DNA of 64,000 nucleotides from Candidatus Latescibacterota bacterium (GTDB taxonomy: Bacteria > Latescibacterota > UBA2968 > GCA-2709665): assembly GCA_965226795.1 (NCBI GenBank), contig CBDDDZ010000005.1, positions 2,432,001 through 2,496,000 of the forward strand. Reading direction: 5' to 3'. The notes beneath the pieces were generated by a model. That model was not told the origin of the DNA and did no database searches. It worked only from the letters and a program-made list of their open reading frames with translations. This document shows, piece by piece, positions 57,433-64,000 of this stretch (within the stretch, counting starts at the first letter, position 1; each line of letters opens with the position of its first letter). The position numbers and the translations under genes were made by a program.

Positions 57433-58992
57433 ATGGCCGAAGCCATATTGGAATCCCAACAATTGACCCGCAAAGACTTTGTATCGGACCAGGAAGTCCG
57501 CTGGTGTCCAGGCTGCGGGGACTACGCCATTCTGGCACAGATGCAAAGGGTGCTTCCCGAACTCGGCATTCCCAGGGAACAGATCGTCTTCATCTCCGGG
57601 ATCGGTTGTTCCAGCCGTTTTCCGTATTATATGAACACCTATGGCGTGCACTCGATCCACGGGCGTGCGCCAACCCTCGCCTCGGGCCTGAAGGTAGCCA
57701 ACCCGGACCTGCATGTGTGGGTCATCACCGGTGACGGGGATGGGCTCTCCATCGGCGGCAACCATCTGCTGCATATTCTGCGCAGAAACGTGAACGTGAA
57801 CATTATCCTCTTCAACAATCGCATCTATGGGCTCACCAAGGGGCAGTACTCCCCAACGTCGTTGCCTGGACACAAGACCTACTCGTCGCCCATGGGCTCC
57901 ATCGAACAGTCCTTCAATCCCATCTCCGTAGCCATCGGCGCCGAGGCCACCTTCGTCGCGCGTTCGGTAGACAGGAACACCAAGCACCTTGCCGAAATGC
58001 TCCGCCGGGCGGCCGCGCACAAGGGCACCTCGTTTGTCGAAATCTATCAGAACTGCAATATTTACAACGATGGCGCATGGTTCCACATCACCGAAGCGGA
58101 CGTGAAAGACAACAATACGTTAATTGTCGAACACGGTCAGCCGATGATATTCGGCAAGGACCACGACAAAGGCATCCGGTTGAACGGTCTGTGTCCGGAA
58201 GTCGTGACGCTTGGCAATGGCACATCCGAAAACGCCCTGCTGGTACACGACGAAACCGTGGATCCGCCCGCGCTGGCTTACATGTTGAGCCGCATGGAAC
58301 ATCCCGATTTTCCAGTTCCGTTGGGCGTTCTCCGCTGTGTGGAACGACCCGTTTACGAAGATCAGATTCTCGCCCAAGGGCGTGAGGCCGTCGAACTGCT
58401 TGGGGACGCCGATTTGTCCACACTCTATCAGGCCGCGGATACATGGATTGTATCTGAAGAGGACAGCGTACCTACAGAACGGGACGTCGTCGAGGAGGAA
58501 ATCAAGACAGATATCCCCGAAATCATACCGGGAATCGGCGACGAGGATCCGCTGGCGCCAAAGTCCGAATTCCAACATCTCGTTATCGATCCGATTTCGA
58601 CCGTAAAACTCCATATCCCGGAATTCATCGCGCCGGGAGCCTCAATGCTGGAAGCCATGGCGCTGATGGAGGAGAAAGACGCCGGCTGTCTACTGGTTTC
58701 CGAAGACGGCGCCACCCTTAAGGGCATTCTGGCCGAAGGCGACTTTTTTGTAAAAGTCGTGGGTAACAACATAGATCTGGCTTCTACGCCCGTCGAAGAT
58801 GTGATGACACCCAATCCCATAACCATGAGGTTGTCAGACCCGATCGGATACGCATTGCATCTGATGGACCTGCACGGCTACCGACATATCCCGGTTGTCG
58901 ACCACGCCGGACGGGCCGTGAAGGTGGTTTCGTTCCGGGCGGCTCTGGAGTTCTTCACTCAACTCTACGACAACGGCACATCCGGAAACTGA
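57433..58992 (+). CDS. korB: 2-oxoacid:ferredoxin oxidoreductase beta subunit fused to a C-terminal CBS pair
   Basis: WCPGCGD, SGIGCSS, GDGD...NNRIYGLTKGQ; after an acidic linker GCLLV...GILAEGD, VMTPNP, YRHIPVVD. Confidence 0.92.
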   Translation: MAEAILESQQLTRKDFVSDQEVRWCPGCGDYAILAQMQRVLPELGIPREQIVFISGIGCSSRFPYYMNTYGVHSIHGRAPTLASGLKVANPDLHVWVITGDGDGLSIGGNHLLHILRRNVNVNIILFNNRIYGLTKGQYSPTSLPGHKTYSSPMGSIEQSFNPISVAIGAEATFVARSVDRNTKHLAEMLRRAAAHKGTSFVEIYQNCNIYNDGAWFHITEADVKDNNTLIVEHGQPMIFGKDHDKGIRLNGLCPEVVTLGNGTSENALLVHDETVDPPALAYMLSRMEHPDFPVPLGVLRCVERPVYEDQILAQGREAVELLGDADLSTLYQAADTWIVSEEDSVPTERDVVEEEIKTDIPEIIPGIGDEDPLAPKSEFQHLVIDPISTVKLHIPEFIAPGASMLEAMALMEEKDAGCLLVSEDGATLKGILAEGDFFVKVVGNNIDLASTPVEDVMTPNPITMRLSDPIGYALHLMDLHGYRHIPVVDHAGRAVKVVSFRAALEFFTQLYDNGTSGN

Positions 58993-59005
58993 TTCAAACC
59001 GAGCG

Positions 59006-59044
59006 AAAAAAAGCCCCGGACGTACATGTCCGGGGCTTTTTTTT
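59006..59044. terminator. Bidirectional intrinsic terminator
   Basis: A7-GCCCCGGAC-loop-GTCCGGGGC-T8. Confidence 0.92.
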
Positions 59045-59086
59045 ATTGGAATGGGACTCGGTTGACCGGCAGAACCACGAATATGT

Positions 59087-59596
59087 CTATCGATTGGCCG
59101 CACACAGTCCGCCGACACCCCTTGCGCGTCCCTCAGCCCTCGGCGGCCGCACGAATATCACCTCCGCCACCAGATCCTGTGGAAATTCATCCATCCTTTC
59201 CGGCCCCAGCCGCTCCACCTCCGCCAGCCCATGCTCGATTTTCTGTTTGAGGACGCCTACATCCACACCCAGAAACCGGCGGGGAAACTGTTTCAGCTTG
59301 AAATATGAGTTGTTGTAGTGCTTTACCGTCCCGTGATAGATCCCTCGTTGAAGTTGATGATACGCCGCGGCGAGTTGGATCAGGCCCTGAAAGAATATCC
59401 GGCTCGGCTCGGTATGTCGCCGCCACACCTGCTCCCAGGCCTCGTGGCTCTCCCAGTGCTCCCGGCTGTTGAAGAGCCTCACGCCTTTCTCAAAGTCCAT
59501 CCAATCCTCGACCGACATCGCTGGCTCTACAACATCCGCCGTGCTGATGCGGTAAGCCCGCTTCATCCGCGCCGATTTCAGGTCGGGTTTTCCCAC
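59087..59596 (-). CDS. DUF309 domain protein
   Basis: GVRLFN..E.WESHEAWE..W, FFQGLIQ.AAA.H. Confidence 0.9.
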   Translation of the reverse strand: MGKPDLKSARMKRAYRISTADVVEPAMSVEDWMDFEKGVRLFNSREHWESHEAWEQVWRRHTEPSRIFFQGLIQLAAAYHQLQRGIYHGTVKHYNNSYFKLKQFPRRFLGVDVGVLKQKIEHGLAEVERLGPERMDEFPQDLVAEVIFVRPPRAEGRARGVGGLCAANR

Positions 59597-59599
59597 GCG

Positions 59600-60337
59600 C
59601 TATCCTCCGGCGTGAACTTCAAGCATCGACTCCAGCGCGACAAGATGCGCACGAACTCGCACGTCCATCGCCATCGCCGACGGCGTCTCAGACGTAATCA
59701 GACGATCCGTATATGCAAGCTTGAAAAGCGCAATCGGCACGCCTCCGCCAAGACGCCGCTTTTCCACCTGCAGGTCCGGAAATATCACGCCGTTTACCGC
59801 AGTTTCACCCTCGATCTCCGATTGTGTATTCAGCGGACAGACCCCGGACACCTGCTGAGCAATCGGAGGTCCCGCGGGCGTCAATCCGCGAACCTGCTCG
59901 TAAAGATAGTACCCCGGGCTCTCCCAATCTTCATGCAGATCCATTATGGCTGCAAACTTTCTCCCGCGAATAAACCGCTTGATAACGTCGATCTCCGGCA
60001 CGTCGTTCCGCAAAAACGCCCAGTTGATGTCCACTTCCCGGGCGTTCAACCGGGTGTTACGGGCGTAACCGTATGGATTCAGGCAGGGTATTACGTGGAA
60101 TTGGAACCGATCCAGCCACTTCTCCGGCGGCGCCTCGAGGAATGCCAGCGCCCCTTCCGTCCCGGCCGGTTCGTCGCCATGTGTTCCGCCGTTGATGTAT
60201 ATCGCCGGTAGCGACGGATCAGCGCAAAGGGATGCACAATAAACAGGATACCCGCTTATCCGCTCCAGCACGTCGACACAGGCACCCCGGCGCGTAAGCG
60301 CCTCGGTGCGTTTAACCACCTCATTGTAGTCGCGCAT
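59600..60337 (-). CDS. M14-family metallopeptidase (AstE/AspA-like)
   Basis: GTHGDEPAG, NPYG...TR.N, DINW, DLHED, SETP. Confidence 0.88.
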   Translation of the reverse strand: MRDYNEVVKRTEALTRRGACVDVLERISGYPVYCASLCADPSLPAIYINGGTHGDEPAGTEGALAFLEAPPEKWLDRFQFHVIPCLNPYGYARNTRLNAREVDINWAFLRNDVPEIDVIKRFIRGRKFAAIMDLHEDWESPGYYLYEQVRGLTPAGPPIAQQVSGVCPLNTQSEIEGETAVNGVIFPDLQVEKRRLGGGVPIALFKLAYTDRLITSETPSAMAMDVRVRAHLVALESMLEVHAGG

Positions 60338-60439
60338 GAAGACTTATCCTGTGCCCTGTTTCCCCTTCGCGCCTGCCCTATTTCATATTTTTTCCGAAAA
60401 CTCCGGCTGTATTGCCTGCCAGCCGAACCATTGCGCGAC

Positions 60440-61759
60440 TCAAGCAAACATCTCCTTACCGAGTGTAATGCCGTGCGCTACTACCGGGTCTTCGGTTCGT
60501 CCGCCTCGCGCCAACCGGCGGGATAACTCCGAGGCCAGCATTTCACCCATTTCCCGTGTTATCTCCGGCATCTCCCGCGCCAGGTTGTGCCGCTCTCCGG
60601 GATCGCCGTTCAAGTCATACAGTTCCCGCATAGGATTACCGTAAAAATCCGGCTCCCGGGCGACAATCAGCTTCCATCCCCCTTCACAAACAGCCCATTT
60701 GGCCATCCACGTACACTCCTGTGTGAGCAGCAGTTCCCCGTCCCCCTTGTCCGGCTCCCCGCGAATGAAGGGAAGCATCGAACGCCCATCCATCTTGTGA
60801 GGGACCGGCAGACCGGCGCCCTCGAGAACAGTCGGCGCCAGATCCGTGTGTTGAACCAGTGACCGGACGCGGGTTCCATTGAAGTCGACGCCCGGCCAGC
60901 GCACAATTAACGGCACGTGGATGTCACTCTCGTACAATCCATGGTGATCGAAGTAGATGCCATGCTCACCCAATTCCTCACCGTGGTCGCCAAAAATGAA
61001 CACCGCTGTCTCTTCCGCGATACCCAACTCATCAAGCACCCCCAGCAACTCCTGAATTCCATCGTCCACGCACCTCACTTCGGCATCGTATTGACTGCGC
61101 ACAAATTCGATATCGGTTATCTGTGCGCCTGCTGCATCCGGCCACTCGGACGCCATCTGCCCGAGCCATCCGGACGTCCACCACTTTCTAAGGGGCCGCC
61201 GGTAAAAGCCGTCCAGGCTGCCCCTGTTTTCAACCGTCGGGTCGCCGGAATAAAAGAGGTCTCTATACCGGCGGGGAGGCATATAGGGCGTGTGGGGATC
61301 CCAATAATGCACGAAGAGAAAAAACGGCTCGCGGCCGCGGGCTTTCAGCCACTCGATGGCAAGTTCGTTAAACCGAAAACAATCGGGATACGTTCCCGAC
61401 TCCCGCGGATTCAGACAGACATCGAATCCTCTGGAAAACCAGGGTTTGTGATGCACTGCCAGATTGTCCACCGCCGCGGTGGCGTACCCGGCCCGTTGCA
61501 GAAATTCCGGCAGGAACGGCGCGTTCCCTCCTAAAGACCAGCGGCCCCGGTGCGCCACAATCCCATGCGAGGTCGGCCACTGTCCGGTGAACATGGTCGT
61601 AAACGAGGGCTGCGTTGGAATCGAAGGCGCATAACAGTTCTCGAACACCGCCGAGTGCCCTGCAAAGGTATCGATAAACGGGGTGGTTGGCCGGGCGTAC
61701 CCATAGCATCCGAGGCGATCGGCCCGCAGGCTGTCGACGGCAATCATCAAGAATTTCAT
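60440..61759 (-). CDS. Sulfatase-like hydrolase (alkaline phosphatase superfamily)
   Basis: VDSLRADRLGCYGY..PTTP, HYWDPHTPY, GDHGE, HVPLI. Confidence 0.9.
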   Translation of the reverse strand: MKFLMIAVDSLRADRLGCYGYARPTTPFIDTFAGHSAVFENCYAPSIPTQPSFTTMFTGQWPTSHGIVAHRGRWSLGGNAPFLPEFLQRAGYATAAVDNLAVHHKPWFSRGFDVCLNPRESGTYPDCFRFNELAIEWLKARGREPFFLFVHYWDPHTPYMPPRRYRDLFYSGDPTVENRGSLDGFYRRPLRKWWTSGWLGQMASEWPDAAGAQITDIEFVRSQYDAEVRCVDDGIQELLGVLDELGIAEETAVFIFGDHGEELGEHGIYFDHHGLYESDIHVPLIVRWPGVDFNGTRVRSLVQHTDLAPTVLEGAGLPVPHKMDGRSMLPFIRGEPDKGDGELLLTQECTWMAKWAVCEGGWKLIVAREPDFYGNPMRELYDLNGDPGERHNLAREMPEITREMGEMLASELSRRLARGGRTEDPVVAHGITLGKEMFA

Positions 61760-61802
61760 CCGCACACCTTCACTATGCATCCACACGGCCGGTGTCGCCA
61801 AC

Positions 61803-62696
61803 TCATTCCGCCGCGGTTTCTCCCGCCCGATCCACCCAATCCTCGAATTTCAACCCTTCGGACAGACGCCAGGCCGTGAAGTAAAGCGATGCCGTAAACT
61901 TCGCCGCCTCCCGCGCACGTTCCAAACCAAAGGCCGCCACACCGGGAACCGGGGTCCACGCGCCGTCACCCGCCGACGGCAGTCGATCCTCCAGGCCGTA
62001 CACGGCATCGATTAAAGACCTGCTGTTCTCGATCTGCGCAACAATACCAGCCATCAGGCTATCCAACACCACCGGCTTCTGTCCCCGAGCCAGGTCGCCG
62101 GGTGTCGGGTTAAGCCTGCGGATCAGGTCGTCCACTCTGGCATGTATGCCGGTCGGTTGCAAGGAGCCATCCGGGCCGGGCCGACCGTCATAGTACATCG
62201 TTACATGCAGCGGCTGGCACAGATCCTGGGCGTAATGCGCAATAAAACCCGCATACATCAGACACTTCGCCCTGATGAAGGGATTGTCCGGCCAGCGCCG
62301 GTGCTCTGCGAATGCCACCGCCAGCCTCTGCGTCCATTCAGCTACCGAAAAAGGGAGAAAACCCACCTTGTCCGGCGCGATGCCCTGGCTTGCGCATAAC
62401 TTCATAAACCCGTTCCGATCGCCCGGAAGCGACGGGTCCTTCAACCGTTCCGGATTGAAATAGTGCTCCGGACCCTCCGCATGGCGCACAATCGGCGTGC
62501 CGCGATTCCTCGCCAGGTCGGGGTCCCACGCGTAGTGCGCGATAGCGTCTCTGCCAGCCCGAAAGAAGCCCGGCATCTGCTCCGGCAGCGAGGCTACGGC
62601 CGCTTTGCTGACAATACTGTGCCCGCGGACCCACCAGCCACGGGCCTCGCCGTTTTGTAAAACGACCAGCATCAGGACACCAAGCCATCTTGCCAT
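61803..62696 (-). CDS. Secreted S1/P1 nuclease or Zn-phospholipase C-like protein
   Basis: Signal peptide followed by W...GH, PD, HY, HYAQD..QPLH, IH...D. Confidence 0.8.
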   Translation of the reverse strand: MARWLGVLMLVVLQNGEARGWWVRGHSIVSKAAVASLPEQMPGFFRAGRDAIAHYAWDPDLARNRGTPIVRHAEGPEHYFNPERLKDPSLPGDRNGFMKLCASQGIAPDKVGFLPFSVAEWTQRLAVAFAEHRRWPDNPFIRAKCLMYAGFIAHYAQDLCQPLHVTMYYDGRPGPDGSLQPTGIHARVDDLIRRLNPTPGDLARGQKPVVLDSLMAGIVAQIENSRSLIDAVYGLEDRLPSAGDGAWTPVPGVAAFGLERAREAAKFTASLYFTAWRLSEGLKFEDWVDRAGETAAE

Positions 62697-62768
62697 ATAG
62701 AACCCCTTGTAGCTGCATCAACTCTTTGCAGGCTGTCGGGAACACGCCTATTCGGAATTCCGGATCCG

Positions 62769-62797
62769 AAGTTACATCGGAGCGTCTTTTTTGTCAA
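62769..62797 (-). promoter_or_regulatory. Sigma70 promoter for the nuclease-sulfatase run
   Basis: TTGACA-N17-TAACTT on the minus strand. Confidence 0.65.
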
Positions 62798-62810
62798 CGA
62801 CTCGTTAACA

Positions 62811-62842
62811 GAAGCGGAGGCCCCGTGTGAGACCTCCGCTTC
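62811..62842 (-). terminator. Hairpin downstream of selC
   Basis: Stem GAAGCGGAGG...CCTCCGCTTC. Confidence 0.65.
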
Positions 62843-62848
62843 CGATAA

Positions 62849-62946
62849 TGGCGGGAATGTGTGGGAATCGAACCCACCCAGCGCGTGATTAGCACGCCGC
62901 AACGGGTTTGAAGCCCGCGAGGGCCACCAGTGCCCCATCCACTCCC
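62849..62946 (-). tRNA. selC: tRNA-Sec (anticodon UCA)
   Basis: GGGAGTGG...GCGGGC-TTCAAA-CCCGT, long variable arm, GGTTCGATTCC, encoded CCA; 98 nt; follows selB. Confidence 0.96.
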
Positions 62947-63075
62947 GCACAAAGTGCAGGCTGCCGGCGATCATGGCATCCTGTCTGATGTACGGCAGAG
63001 ACATCTACAGCGACCGAAATCCTGCCGGAATCCAAAATGCGGCAAGCGATTCGATTCCTGAATCGACCCACGCAT

Positions 63076-64000
63076 CTATCCGGCAAGCACCCTGACGTCC
63101 CCCTTCCTCATTGTGACGCCCTTATTGTCGAAATAGTTCAACAACGGAACGGCATATTTGCGCGTAGTGCCGACCAGATCGCGGAAGGCCGAAACACTCA
63201 TTTCTCGGTTTCGCTGCAGATAACCCACGAGCCCCTGCTCAATCTCCTCCAGCGTGCGTGGAGGAAACATCAGGTTCTCGTCGAGCCTCACAATCTCCCC
63301 CATGGACTGCATGGCGGCTGCGACAGCCTGAACTTCGGCAGATTTTTCCGCCAAGTGTGTGCCAATTTCATTCAAATCGGGAGGCGCCGCCCGGCCTGCC
63401 TGCAGATGCACCAGAATTTTCTCTCTGATCCGGTCCTGTTCCCCTGAAAACTGGATCCGATGATCGGCCATACGCAACAGAGGACCCGCGGGCATCAACA
63501 CCTTCTGCGAGAGCAGACAGTCGATTGCATACTCAAATAGACCAGCCGGCGGCTTTCCGACCACCTGCAGGCGAAGTTCGCTGTGTGAAACCCCCGCCTT
63601 GAGGGGGTTGGCCCGATGGTAGGTCGACAACGCGTCCTTTATAAGCTGCAGTAGCGACTGCCACGAGTCCGTATGGACGTAGTTGGCCTCTCCCGCGTGG
63701 CGAAAGCCGAATGCCTCTCCATCCGCCAGCAGACCCTTCAGCCGATCGTTTGTCTCGGACAGAGACAGGCCCAACGCCGCCGAAAGGTCTCTGGCAGAAA
63801 GGGCGCGAAATCCCGCCGCCTTCAGCCGAAGGCTCAATACCCGGGTCGGATCCTCGACCTCGAACCCACGCAGCCTTTCCAGTGTTTCCTCTCGGAAACG
63901 GCGATGCTTCACCGGCTGTACATCCAGCACCACCCCGCCCCCCAGCGTCTGTACGGGAGAATAACGTCGGATCACATAACGGTCTCCCCGGGCGGCCACC
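63076..64000 (-). CDS. selB: Selenocysteine-specific elongation factor SelB, 3' part
   Basis: GDRYVIR.YSP..TLGGG, YH..NPL..G, FRDLVGTTRKYAVPLL.YFD (winged helix 4). Confidence 0.95.
   Translation of the reverse strand, partial: VAARGDRYVIRRYSPVQTLGGGVVLDVQPVKHRRFREETLERLRGFEVEDPTRVLSLRLKAAGFRALSARDLSAALGLSLSETNDRLKGLLADGEAFGFRHAGEANYVHTDSWQSLLQLIKDALSTYHRANPLKAGVSHSELRLQVVGKPPAGLFEYAIDCLLSQKVLMPAGPLLRMADHRIQFSGEQDRIREKILVHLQAGRAAPPDLNEIGTHLAEKSAEVQAVAAAMQSMGEIVRLDENLMFPPRTLEEIEQGLVGYLQRNREMSVSAFRDLVGTTRKYAVPLLNYFDNKGVTMRKGDVRVLAG

Overview
GC-rich bacterial chromosomal window (roughly 60% GC by eye) with no phage, integrase, transposase or CRISPR. A housekeeping core carries lepB, rel, mutS, mtaB, rpsA, plsC, cmk, scpAB, gcvH, accBC, efp, bioB, mnmG, smpB, an amidase, rdgB, a lytic transglycosylase, selC and the 3' end of selB. 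Accessory catabolic blocks include oxidoreductases, creatininases, two DapA-family lyases, two heparinase II/III-like proteins, MlrC, a sulfatase-like enzyme and an S1/P1-like nuclease. A WD40 plus dockerin-like protein and the glycosaminoglycan-type genes suggest an FCB-group (Latescibacterota-like) marine or sponge-associated organism; this is inference only. Most notable observations: (1) an orphan, promoter-driven, apparently structured ~330-nt RNA at 50.3-50.6 kb with a sequestered near-perfect Shine-Dalgarno sequence, followed by MITE debris and a degenerate repeat array; (2) a CBS / 2-oxoacid:ferredoxin oxidoreductase alpha / beta-CBS fusion operon; (3) a DnaC/IstB-like ATPase embedded among housekeeping genes; (4) a Rel enzyme with a degenerate hydrolase motif; (5) four broken genes whose lesions can be reconstructed, two of them by small locally templated insertions. 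All calls come from motif recognition and hand alignment; no database search or folding program was run.
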